A stretch of 64,000 bases of DNA, from IMG/VR virus record IMGVR_UViG_2974602183_000001, positions 32,001-96,000 of that record, one strand, 5' to 3'. Under the pieces are notes generated by a model, which was not told where the DNA came from, did no database searches, and saw only the letters and a program-made list of their open reading frames with translations. Positions within the stretch are counted from its first letter, which is position 1. The number at the start of each line of letters is the position of its first letter. Both the position numbers and the translations under genes were made by a program. Source of the DNA: a virus (lineage: Duplodnaviria > Caudoviricetes). Of this stretch, positions 43,204 through 52,542 are shown one piece after another.

Positions 43204-44114
43204 TGCAAGGCTGGGAATTACCGAAGAAAGATGAACGAAAGACAGGTAAAAACCTGCTAATTGTGGATGGATTTAACTTAGCTTTCCGATGGAAGCATAA
43301 AGGGCAGTCTGAGTTTGCTACAGACTACCTAAAAACAGTTAACTCTTTAGCTAAATCCTATAGCTGTGAAGATATTGTGGTGTTGTCCGACCATAAAGGC
43401 TCCTACCACAGAAAAGAGCTGTATGAAGGCTACAAAGGAAACCGAGACTACAGCAAACAGACAGAGCAAGAAAAAGAAGCAGCTATGGAGTTCTTCGCCG
43501 GGTTTGATAGAACTATAGACCTAATTACTCGTAGCAGTATGCACTTGGTTAGGTTTACGGGCATTGAGGCGGACGACTTCGCTGCATACCTAGTTATGGG
43601 CTTAGAAGGTGTCTATGATAATATCTGGCTAATCTCAACGGATAAGGACTGGGATGAGTTGCTAAGCCCTAAAGTACACCGATTCTCCTATGCTTCTAGG
43701 AAAGAGTTCTTCTTCAACAATGGAGAAGAAGGGTGTAACTTCTTTGACGAACATGCCTGCGATAACCCTGAACAGTATGTTCTTATGAAGTGCCTAAAAG
43801 GAGACCTATCGGACGGTATTCGTGGAGTAGAAGGAATCGGAGATAAACGAGCCTACAGCATAATCCGAAACTACGACAGCCTTTACGAGCTAATTGATGA
43901 CTTGCCACTACCCGGTAAGCAGAAGTACATACAAAACCTCAATGCTTCAGAGGAAATCCTAGAGCGTAATCTGATGTTAATGGACTTAAAAACCTTCAGT
44001 CCTGAGATTATCGCAGAAAACCCTGAAGCCCTTGAGTACGTCGATAACTTAATTGACACACTGACTAACCAAATTCACGATAGTATTGATGTGGAGGACA
44101 TTTCAGAGCTATGA
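43200..44114 (+). CDS. D15: flap endonuclease / 5'-3' exonuclease (T5 D15)
   Basis: IVDGFNLAFR, YKGNR, EADD, STDKD, GDLSD.I.GVEGIG. Confidence 0.95.
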   Translation: MMQGWELPKKDERKTGKNLLIVDGFNLAFRWKHKGQSEFATDYLKTVNSLAKSYSCEDIVVLSDHKGSYHRKELYEGYKGNRDYSKQTEQEKEAAMEFFAGFDRTIDLITRSSMHLVRFTGIEADDFAAYLVMGLEGVYDNIWLISTDKDWDELLSPKVHRFSYASRKEFFFNNGEEGCNFFDEHACDNPEQYVLMKCLKGDLSDGIRGVEGIGDKRAYSIIRNYDSLYELIDDLPLPGKQKYIQNLNASEEILERNLMLMDLKTFSPEIIAENPEALEYVDNLIDTLTNQIHDSIDVEDISEL

Positions 44115-44536
44115 GACCAGTATTTCAAGTAGAAAACGAAGGCTGTACACCAACCCTAGGTTCGGAGATGGCGGGAGGCATAGACCTCCGAGTAAACGCG
44201 AAAAATCAGTGGATTGACCCAGGCGTAGAATATCATTTCAGCCTAGGTGTTCGTTGCGCTATACCTAAAGGATGGGTTGGGTTGATATTCCCGCGCAGTG
44301 GGCTAGGGGTTAAGTACAAGCTTCGCATACTTAACACCGTAGGTGTTATTGATGCGGACTATAGGGGCGTTATCCGACTAGCATGTACCTTTGAAAAGGG
44401 TTTCTGGATGGAAGACTTTGAGCGTATGTGTCAGATGGTGTTAGTACCCTGCAGAACCGATTTTGTAATCGGGGATGTTGATGTAGAAGAAACCGAAAGA
44501 GGCGAAGGCGGATACGGAAGCTCCGGTCGCACGTAA
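44111..44536 (+). CDS. dut: trimeric dUTPase
   Basis: GGIDL, PRSGL, GVIDADYRG, Q, RGEGGYGSSG. Confidence 0.96.
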   Translation: MRPVFQVENEGCTPTLGSEMAGGIDLRVNAKNQWIDPGVEYHFSLGVRCAIPKGWVGLIFPRSGLGVKYKLRILNTVGVIDADYRGVIRLACTFEKGFWMEDFERMCQMVLVPCRTDFVIGDVDVEETERGEGGYGSSGRT

Positions 44537-44537
44537 T

Positions 44538-44573
44538 AAAAACCCCAGAGTCCTGTAGGACTCTGGGGTTTTT
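44538..44573. terminator. bidirectional terminator between replication and tail modules
   Basis: perfect IR AAAAACCCCAGAGTCCT-GT-AGGACTCTGGGGTTTTT. Confidence 0.9.
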
Positions 44574-44576
44574 GCT

Positions 44577-47500
44577 TTATAGGTCAACACCATCTACTTG
44601 TGAACCAGCCCTAGATTGGTTCTTAGTATAGCCATAAGGAATAGCTAACTCAGAAGTACCGTATAGGCAAGTATCACCATTTAGGTTTGTATATGTACCT
44701 GTACCATCTGTGATGTGAATTGTTGAGTCATCACCCCAACCGTCACTCTTGCCTTGGTAACTTTTTACTGTCGCATCTAAAGAGATTGAGTTACCACCGC
44801 CGTAGTACACTTCACCTTCATCCCCCATATACATACCGTTCCAGTTCCATACAGCATTATTTCCATTTGCTTTAAATATCTGGCCTTTCAGTGGAACGTC
44901 TGCTTTTATGACATAGACTTCACCTTGGTTAACTGGGCTAGACGCTGTATTCACATCTTTAACTATTAAGTTCTTCCAAACCAACTCATTCCAAGCGAAG
45001 TTCATTGATGCCTGTTGGTTGTTAGCCGTTTGATACCATAGAGCTTTAACTGCTGGAGTAGTATCATCAGGTTTTGCTAAATCTAATGTAGCGTGAGTAG
45101 GCAGGTAACCCACCCCAACGTCTAACGTACAAACTTTCTCATGAATCAAGTAATCCTGAAGAGTGTAAGTATGTCTAGCATTCGTAGAAGCACTTGTTGC
45201 TACCTTACCTAATAATGTCTCTACCAGAGTAGCACCTGCTGTTACATGGTGATGATATGTAGCGTGTACTTGCCCCAAACCTTCAGTACTATTCAGTACT
45301 TTCTTATTCGTGCTTTCCTTAGTCTGCTTGGCGAATGCTGTGTAAGGTAGATAATAAATAGTACCCACTACCCCTGACCAATTATCACGTCCGTTAATTG
45401 TGTAATCAAACTCAGTATCAAATGCACCTTGAGTCCACGTCGTACCATTGTCGGTTGTGTAGTAATCGATGCCAATATCCAGTGCTTTACGTGTGTACTT
45501 CCAATTAATACCATTTTGGTCGTCGTTAGTTGGGATAACAGGAATCCAGCCACCTAACCACCCATTAGCTAAAGAAGGTGTTGCTAGAATCTCCGCAGGG
45601 TCACCAATCACATCAATCATAGTGAATTCGCCTGATACGGTTGAATCTGTAGGGTAAACCATAACGACATACATAACGTCTGAGTTATCTCTAGCTAACG
45701 TACTATCAAAATATAGATGAACTGCTGCTATTGTTGAATCAAACCCTCTAGGATATAACTTTGAGTCAATAAACGAGGATACCCAACCTTTAGTAACATT
45801 ATAAGTATAGTAACCCAATGCACCTACAGCAGGGGAATCAGAACCAATATTAGCTAACCCGTTTGGTATATATTCTAAGTTTGGATAAGTTGACGAAGTA
45901 GTACTAGATTTACCCGTTGATTGCGTTGTAAGCACCACTGTTTTTGTTAACGCTTCCTCACCACGGTATGACCCATTTACTACTTTCTGGAATACCTTAC
46001 TTGCTTCTTCTTTAGAAGACATATCCCAAGAAGGCAGACGGTAATCAATTACACCACCTTGACCTGAATTATAGATAGCATCATAGAACTTACCGTCAGG
46101 ACGTTTATTATTACCGTGACTAATACGACCTGAACCCGGTGTTTTAGCAATTTGAGTAGTTGCACTTACGTTAGTAAAACACTTACCGGCACTAGTAATT
46201 CCACTTACTACTCGAGAATCATACCAAGGTAAGTTAGAAGCAGCTCCCCACTTATGCCAAGCAGCGGCACCCATAGGGTTAAACGATGGATGGTAAGCAC
46301 CTTGGTTCAAACGAGGAACTACACCCCATACGTGGAAGTAACACTCCCCGTTTACACCTACACTAGTTAAGTCATCTTGTACTTTGAAAACACCAACTTC
46401 ATTATTGGTATTCCAGCCATAACCTCGGTATTGTCTAACATCTGGGATACTTAACGAAGGAACTGTATCAAGAGTACCTTGCGACCAAACCCGCATAATA
46501 TCCTCAGCATATTCTAAAACCGAACCGCTTGAGTTCGTATTGAACCAGTCTCCGTTACCAGCACCTGCAATAGTACGTTGACGCATACGCCATTGAACCA
46601 AACGACCGTCATCTAACATGAAGATATTATTGGTTTCATCAGATACCATTGCTTTCTTCTGTTCATCCGTAGCTGCCCAGAAATCTACACCCTTACCTTG
46701 TGAACCAGTATCACCATCATATACTGCGTAGTAAGTGACAGGACGATTAGATGTAGTTGTGGTAATACCATTCATTGAAGTAGCTTGGGATTGAACCATT
46801 CCTTTTGGGTAAACAAAAGGGTTAGTTTGAGATACTTCTTCTAGGAAGAACTCGGCACCAAACATATCATGACGGTCGATTACTACTTCTTCGGTTGCTA
46901 AACGAATAGAAGCCGTGTCGTAATAAACTGCGCCTATATTGTCATTTGTTGCTGATAGGTGCAAATACATTGCCGCCGTTTGTGCTTGGAACGTGAATTC
47001 AAAATACCCTGTATCTGTTGTTACTTCGTTTAGTGAATAAGTACCAGAACCTAAATCTGGAGAGTTATTAACACTAATACGTGCTAACTGGCCCGCATCC
47101 ACTGAATCAATATAAACCCCAACCGTTACCATATCACCAACGTCTGCAAATGGTGTAATCTCTTGTGACGCCGCCGAACCTGCTAGTGTTGCGCTGCCTT
47201 GAACTTTTAGCAATGCTGAAGAAGCTACAATTGATAGGGTTGCTCCACGAGTAGCATTCCAATAGCCAGCTACCGGTGCGCGGAAATCTCCATTTTGGCA
47301 CCAACCTTCGAATGCACGACTAACTGCTTCATTAACATCACCATTAGCACTATTACCATACTTAGGGTCAACATCGGTAAGTAAATTCAAAGTAGCATTA
47401 CCAGCACCACGAGCATTCCCAGTAGAGTCGTAAATAACTGTACCATTTGGTGCTTCTGGGAATTTGATTGGACTTTGCACATTACTTGCATCACCATTAT

Positions 47501-48818
47501 TACTTACAATCTCAGAAATGAATCCGGCAATATGGGTAACTGCAAAATCAGTCTTAGAAGTTCCCGAATGAGTAGAACCACTTGAGCGACCCATTACAAG
47601 AGAACCAGAAGTATTTGACTGCCACAAACCTGCATTAATAGCATTTCTGTCTGCGTCTTCTAACTGCAACCCATAATGGTCAAAACCACTAGCTGCACGA
47701 ACAGATTTATTCTGCTCACGCATTTGGTTCAAAGAAGCTTCATTACGTACAAACTGTTTCCATTCAATCTCTGATAGGACATTAGCTGCATCATCAGCAC
47801 TCTGTTGAGCATCTGCTGCACTTTGTGCTGCATTGGCCTCACTCGTAGCAGCGTTACTCTCACTCGTTGCTGCATTAGTTTCGCTTGTAGCTGCATTATT
47901 TGCGGAAGTATTGGCGCTAGACGCAGCCAAAGATGCAACATTCTGCGCAGATTCTGCATTTGATTCAGACGTACTTGCCGCAGAAGCTGAAGCAGCGGCG
48001 TTTGTCTCGCTAGCTTCGGCTGCTGCCTCTGCTATAAGAGCAGCGTCACGAGCGGCCACTGCGGTGTTAGCTGCTTGTATCGCTGTTTCTGATGGAACGT
48101 CCCAAGCAGCTCCATTCCAAAACCTTAGCTCATCCTCAGCACTATTCCAGTAACTAGCACCTACCTGTAGGGGGTTGCCGTCGTTATCCGTTGTAGGGTC
48201 GGAAGCCTTTGCACCTAAGTACTTATCATCAAAATTATCAAATGCTGCTTCTGCGTTGGCTGCGTGAACAGCAGCATTGGTTTCAGATGTCGCTGCGTTG
48301 GCTTCTGAAACGGAAGCCGCTGCCTCACTACTTGCTGCTGCCTGCTTAGACGCTAGAGCTGAAGAAGCTGAGTTCGCTGCGTTAGACTCTGAGCCGGCTG
48401 CTGCTGACGCGCTAGATGCTGCGTTAGCTTCACTACTTGCCGCTGCTTGTTCAGAAGATAGGGCAGCTGACGCAGAGTTTGCTGCTGCCGTCTCGGAACC
48501 CGCTGCATTGGCTTCAGAAGAGGCCGCGTTAGTTTCCGATTCTTTGGAGTTCTTTTCAGGAGAGTCCCAAACATTAGACCCCTCGTAGTAGTATACATAA
48601 CCATCAGTGGTGTTTAGGTAGTAATCTCCTAGCTCCAGAGCTGTACCGTCTACGCGCTCCGTAGGCGCGGTTGGGTGAGCCCCTTGGTATTTAGCTACCT
48701 GAGCTAGCCCCTTTATAGCCCCAACAGTTGGGGCTATATCTAGAACTACTAGCTTATTCTTTTTGCTCTCTAGCTCTAGCGTGTTTTTTATTTGTTCTAG
48801 GTAAATTCTGGTTCCCAT
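44577..48818 (-). CDS. lateral (L-shaped) tail fibre
   Basis: Ala/Ser coiled-coil repeats (SETNAAAS) then large beta-rich region; position of T5 pb1 next to dut. Confidence 0.85.
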   Translation of the reverse strand: MGTRIYLEQIKNTLELESKKNKLVVLDIAPTVGAIKGLAQVAKYQGAHPTAPTERVDGTALELGDYYLNTTDGYVYYYEGSNVWDSPEKNSKESETNAASSEANAAGSETAAANSASAALSSEQAAASSEANAASSASAAAGSESNAANSASSALASKQAAASSEAAASVSEANAATSETNAAVHAANAEAAFDNFDDKYLGAKASDPTTDNDGNPLQVGASYWNSAEDELRFWNGAAWDVPSETAIQAANTAVAARDAALIAEAAAEASETNAAASASAASTSESNAESAQNVASLAASSANTSANNAATSETNAATSESNAATSEANAAQSAADAQQSADDAANVLSEIEWKQFVRNEASLNQMREQNKSVRAASGFDHYGLQLEDADRNAINAGLWQSNTSGSLVMGRSSGSTHSGTSKTDFAVTHIAGFISEIVSNNGDASNVQSPIKFPEAPNGTVIYDSTGNARGAGNATLNLLTDVDPKYGNSANGDVNEAVSRAFEGWCQNGDFRAPVAGYWNATRGATLSIVASSALLKVQGSATLAGSAASQEITPFADVGDMVTVGVYIDSVDAGQLARISVNNSPDLGSGTYSLNEVTTDTGYFEFTFQAQTAAMYLHLSATNDNIGAVYYDTASIRLATEEVVIDRHDMFGAEFFLEEVSQTNPFVYPKGMVQSQATSMNGITTTTSNRPVTYYAVYDGDTGSQGKGVDFWAATDEQKKAMVSDETNNIFMLDDGRLVQWRMRQRTIAGAGNGDWFNTNSSGSVLEYAEDIMRVWSQGTLDTVPSLSIPDVRQYRGYGWNTNNEVGVFKVQDDLTSVGVNGECYFHVWGVVPRLNQGAYHPSFNPMGAAAWHKWGAASNLPWYDSRVVSGITSAGKCFTNVSATTQIAKTPGSGRISHGNNKRPDGKFYDAIYNSGQGGVIDYRLPSWDMSSKEEASKVFQKVVNGSYRGEEALTKTVVLTTQSTGKSSTTSSTYPNLEYIPNGLANIGSDSPAVGALGYYTYNVTKGWVSSFIDSKLYPRGFDSTIAAVHLYFDSTLARDNSDVMYVVMVYPTDSTVSGEFTMIDVIGDPAEILATPSLANGWLGGWIPVIPTNDDQNGINWKYTRKALDIGIDYYTTDNGTTWTQGAFDTEFDYTINGRDNWSGVVGTIYYLPYTAFAKQTKESTNKKVLNSTEGLGQVHATYHHHVTAGATLVETLLGKVATSASTNARHTYTLQDYLIHEKVCTLDVGVGYLPTHATLDLAKPDDTTPAVKALWYQTANNQQASMNFAWNELVWKNLIVKDVNTASSPVNQGEVYVIKADVPLKGQIFKANGNNAVWNWNGMYMGDEGEVYYGGGNSISLDATVKSYQGKSDGWGDDSTIHITDGTGTYTNLNGDTCLYGTSELAIPYGYTKNQSRAGSQVDGVDL

Positions 48819-49264
48819 TATACTACCCCATCACTAAAGTATACTTTACCTTGCATTATTCTAGTCACCACGTCTGATTGGGTATCTCTTACCAAGACGT
48901 CGTAATAGCCTAAGAACCTGATTCTTGGGCTGTATTTATCTCGAGTTGGTTGCGCATAAGGAAGCATCGCAGTTACTTCCGCCCTACCAAGGCTCATATC
49001 CACAACCCCATTAACTGCGTCGGTTTTCTGGAAAGTGAAGCTACCGATATCAGTAGCGGAATCCTCAAGAGAGTCTGCTATACTTCCAGTGAACTCTTGA
49101 TATGTTAAATTAATAGGAGTTTCTACCTCCACGCAGTTCTCATCATTGCCTGTAACAGGATGTTGAGTACACTGCAACTCTGTTTCTTTTAGACGAAGCC
49201 TCAGCCCGAAGTCTGCTCCTTCCTCTAGTATAATATCGTATGTTTTTTGGTCTAAAACGCTCAT
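48818..49264 (-). CDS. fibre collar protein (T5 p132-like)
   Basis: G.VDMSL, RFLGYYDVL, RIMQGKV; synteny. Confidence 0.8.
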   Translation of the reverse strand: MSVLDQKTYDIILEEGADFGLRLRLKETELQCTQHPVTGNDENCVEVETPINLTYQEFTGSIADSLEDSATDIGSFTFQKTDAVNGVVDMSLGRAEVTAMLPYAQPTRDKYSPRIRFLGYYDVLVRDTQSDVVTRIMQGKVYFSDGVV

Positions 49265-49310
49265 TACTGGGCTCCTTTAACAATATATTCTTACCAAAAT
49301 ATTTAAAATT

Positions 49311-49339
49311 ATTATAGTATGGTTTTTTATTTTTGTCAC
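49311..49339 (-). promoter_or_regulatory. promoter for collar/fibre genes
   Basis: GTGACA-17-TATAAT. Confidence 0.65.
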
Positions 49340-49364
49340 GAGAATTTTTTAGAGTAGTATAAAT

Positions 49365-49387
49365 AAAAATAGGGGCCGAGGCCCCTA
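49365..49387 (-). terminator. intrinsic terminator after pb4
   Basis: TAGGGGC-CTCG-GCCCCTA-TTTTT. Confidence 0.85.
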
Positions 49388-49392
49388 CCTTA

Positions 49393-52300
49393 TTAAGATA
49401 ACTCCCCTGAGTCTTTGAATAGGTATGCTACAACATCCGAGTTAATGGTGCGGTAAGATGTACCTAGGGTACGGTACATATACCTAATAGAAGCTATATT
49501 TCTACTAGCGGACACCTGTAATACGTAGGAGGAGGCAGCCTCACCAGCTGGTATCATACCATCTATCGAAGGGATAGTTACTGATGAGGTTAGGTTACTT
49601 CCAGTAAAGTCATATACATAGCTATACTCCCATAGAACGTTATTAGTGGTAGAGTTTACAACCCTTAACCTTATAACGGTGTCAGCAAAGCCAGCATCAC
49701 GTTGTACTATCACAGAGAACCCCGCTCCCCCATTAGACACCCTTAAACTTAAATTTCGAGGGTAAGGCCTAACGGTACCTGTGGAAACTAAAGTAGCTAC
49801 AGTAGCCCAAGTGTTTCCGTAAGTAAAACCTGTGTAGCTAGCGGGGTTGTTCTTAACTATCCCTGAAACGATATCCCCTACTATGTTCTCAGCGTATACG
49901 GTGCCATCGAACACACCATCAGTGAAGTAACCAACACCACGAACAACTACATTGTTAAACTCTGCGTTGCCGTTAATATCCATAGAGAACCCGTCGTTAC
50001 CCTGAGAGTAATTAGAGGACTTAATAACTGTAGAGTTCTGATTAGGATATATCCTATTCTCTGTATATCCATTAGCTGCTGCTTTCGCTGCATTGGCCTT
50101 TGCGGTGGCGTCCGCTGCGGCCGTACTAATAGCTGAGTTTTTAGCCGCGTTTGCCTTAGTCGTAGCATCTGCTGCGGCCGTACTAATAGCTGAGTTTTTA
50201 GCCGCGTTTGCCTTAGACTGCGCACCAGAGGGAGTTTCAGCCCCGATACTAGACGTTGTCACATTGCTATTATCAATGGCGTCTGGTATGTCTCCGGTAA
50301 GTGTCAGCGTCTCTGCTATAATATCCCCTCGGAAGGAATACTTGTCAGTTATAGGGTTAAGCTCAACCCTAGTGCTTCCTGCAGAGTTCCTTGCGTACAT
50401 GATACCGTTAGAGGTCACACCCCACTTCCAGTTAGGTAGGTTGTTATCTGTTACGGAAGTATACCCTGCAACAAAAGCTAGACTAGCACCAGATGTATGA
50501 TTACCACGAATACCTGCGTAAACTCCACTACCTCCGGTATTTCCTATATGCAGGTTCGTACCTAAGATAGTATTAGCTATCAGGGCGTCCGCCGTCAACG
50601 ACCCATCAACCACCATGTTACCGTGAACAGCTAAGGCTACAGTCCCCCATGCTCCAGAGGATGCAGTATCCCATTGTCTAGTAGTAGCGATGGACGGGTT
50701 ACTTGGGTTATACTGAGTTAGGACATCATACTTAGCCGGTGGTCTTCCAAATTGAGATTGGAAGAAAGAGGTAGCTGTACTAGACCGGAAGGTTCCATTA
50801 AACCCAGAGATAGCCTGAGAGTAAAACCCCGGACCATCAGCTCCATCTTGTCCATCTTGACCATCTTGTCCAGGGGCTCCCGTGCCTCCAGTAAGAGCAG
50901 GGGTTGACCAGCTCTCTCCGCCTACTAGGAAGGAAGTAGTAAGGTCTACCAAGCCCACTGAAGTATATAGGTATTGTCCTGAAGGTACTGTAGGTGGAGC
51001 TACAGACCATCCGGAAGGTGGATATGTAGTCTGTGTCGGAGTGCTTGGAGTGGACGAGGCTGCTTTATAGATATTTCTTACCTGAGAGTACAGAGGCCTG
51101 TCCCCTTGAGGAGTACCTATAGCAACGTCTCCAGAAATCCTTAAAGTATCCCCATCCCAACGTATATACTGAGCACTGTTACCTAAATCGAACTTGAATC
51201 GATATCCTCCGGACATCTCGTGACCCATCCAGATACCCTCTGTAGAGTCTCCATACTCAGTCTTACCAGCGGAGCGCAGCTGAGGTGACTGAGTACCGTT
51301 TAAGTTAGTTAACACAAAGTTCGCAGCGTTTATCGTCTCAGAAATTACAGAACCCTTGACGTTCACTGTACCGTTACCATTGCCGTCAGACGTGAAACTT
51401 ATCGGTGCTTCACCTTCTTCGTCTAGTATACCTATTGTAACGTTACCAGTGGCAGCATCTACATTAAAAGACTGCTTCCATACAGAGTTAGCGTCGTCCC
51501 ATACTCTTCCTCTAATGTGGGAGTATGTTAGGTCAATACCTGTCTCATTAGTGAACGAGTTATCAATCGTCGTCGTATCGTCGATTTTAAATATAATATT
51601 ATCTGCGTAGACAACATCATCGGATTCTGGGCCCCAAGCTGTAGTAGCTACTCGATACACTTGCTCTCTGTCGAAAGGGTGGTTAGTAACTACTACGGAC
51701 TTCGCGGTACCTGCGTTAATTACCTCGGCACCTGCCCATTTATCTGATGCACTATTGGAGTCGTATTTGGCTTTGTCTAGTCTCCAAACCACGAATTCTC
51801 TAGCATTGGCTCCGTCTAGCTTCTCCCAGTCCCAAGATATTTTTACGTCGTATCTTTCCGCAGGCTCTTTTAATTTGGCTACCTGGAAAGTAACATTGCT
51901 AACCTTCTCTGGTGGAGTGAATCCCCAGTTAAGTGTTATGTTCTCTAGAGTATCCCAAGAGCTTAAGTCTCTAGTGCTGCCATCTGGGAAGTTAACCACA
52001 CCACGGATGCGAACGTCTATAGCGACCCCAATAGGTAGGCCGGCCACTCCTAGAGTCTGTAGGAAGCCTCCATAGAAGAATCCAGTCCAGTTTGAAGTAC
52101 CTGTAGGAGCCCACTGGGCTTCTATAAGGTCAGCATCTCCATCTAGGTCTAGTGTAAGAACGGGAGGAGCCACACCCACGTCCACTTCCTCTGCTGTAAC
52201 TGTATAAGAGTTAATGGTTGGCTCAGCTCTCGTGGCGGTAGCCACGGGGTCTGAGATTGCCATACCAAAACGTTCAGCCCTAAGCTCCGCGTCTACCATG

Positions 52301-52542
52301 GCATCGAAGTACGCGGCTTCTAGGTTGTACGGAGAGCCTGGGTTTAGCCCAACAGCGAATACATAGTACCTGTCAATGTTTACGTCAGGGGTTTGGGCCG
52401 TACCGTTGACCCAAACCATTTTACCCTGTACGTCTACGTCCGTGTAGGCCGTGTGTTGCATGTAAATGGCCGTATATCCTGGGTAGACGTCAGTGATACC
52501 CATTTTTAGCGGCTGAGTGTTTTCAATCATATTTTTGTCCAT
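49393..52542 (-). CDS. pb4: central straight fibre / spike (T5 pb4-like), extended
   Basis: FNIII-like N-part, beta-rich spike, GxDGQD collagen-like triplets, Ala-rich repeat, GNAEFNNVVVRG gpJ-like C-terminal motif. Confidence 0.8.
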   Translation of the reverse strand: MDKNMIENTQPLKMGITDVYPGYTAIYMQHTAYTDVDVQGKMVWVNGTAQTPDVNIDRYYVFAVGLNPGSPYNLEAAYFDAMVDAELRAERFGMAISDPVATATRAEPTINSYTVTAEEVDVGVAPPVLTLDLDGDADLIEAQWAPTGTSNWTGFFYGGFLQTLGVAGLPIGVAIDVRIRGVVNFPDGSTRDLSSWDTLENITLNWGFTPPEKVSNVTFQVAKLKEPAERYDVKISWDWEKLDGANAREFVVWRLDKAKYDSNSASDKWAGAEVINAGTAKSVVVTNHPFDREQVYRVATTAWGPESDDVVYADNIIFKIDDTTTIDNSFTNETGIDLTYSHIRGRVWDDANSVWKQSFNVDAATGNVTIGILDEEGEAPISFTSDGNGNGTVNVKGSVISETINAANFVLTNLNGTQSPQLRSAGKTEYGDSTEGIWMGHEMSGGYRFKFDLGNSAQYIRWDGDTLRISGDVAIGTPQGDRPLYSQVRNIYKAASSTPSTPTQTTYPPSGWSVAPPTVPSGQYLYTSVGLVDLTTSFLVGGESWSTPALTGGTGAPGQDGQDGQDGADGPGFYSQAISGFNGTFRSSTATSFFQSQFGRPPAKYDVLTQYNPSNPSIATTRQWDTASSGAWGTVALAVHGNMVVDGSLTADALIANTILGTNLHIGNTGGSGVYAGIRGNHTSGASLAFVAGYTSVTDNNLPNWKWGVTSNGIMYARNSAGSTRVELNPITDKYSFRGDIIAETLTLTGDIPDAIDNSNVTTSSIGAETPSGAQSKANAAKNSAISTAAADATTKANAAKNSAISTAAADATAKANAAKAAANGYTENRIYPNQNSTVIKSSNYSQGNDGFSMDINGNAEFNNVVVRGVGYFTDGVFDGTVYAENIVGDIVSGIVKNNPASYTGFTYGNTWATVATLVSTGTVRPYPRNLSLRVSNGGAGFSVIVQRDAGFADTVIRLRVVNSTTNNVLWEYSYVYDFTGSNLTSSVTIPSIDGMIPAGEAASSYVLQVSASRNIASIRYMYRTLGTSYRTINSDVVAYLFKDSGELS
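50114..50216 (+). repeat. exact 46-bp direct repeat, 57-nt period, inside pb4
   Basis: 50114-50159 = 50171-50216; encodes KANAAKNSAISTAAA twice. Confidence 0.9.

Noticed and set aside
47830-48545. Ala/Ser repeats in the lateral fibre as a novel repeat system
   Set aside because: Ordinary coiled-coil stalk repeats typical of T5 pb1 and lambda Stf fibres
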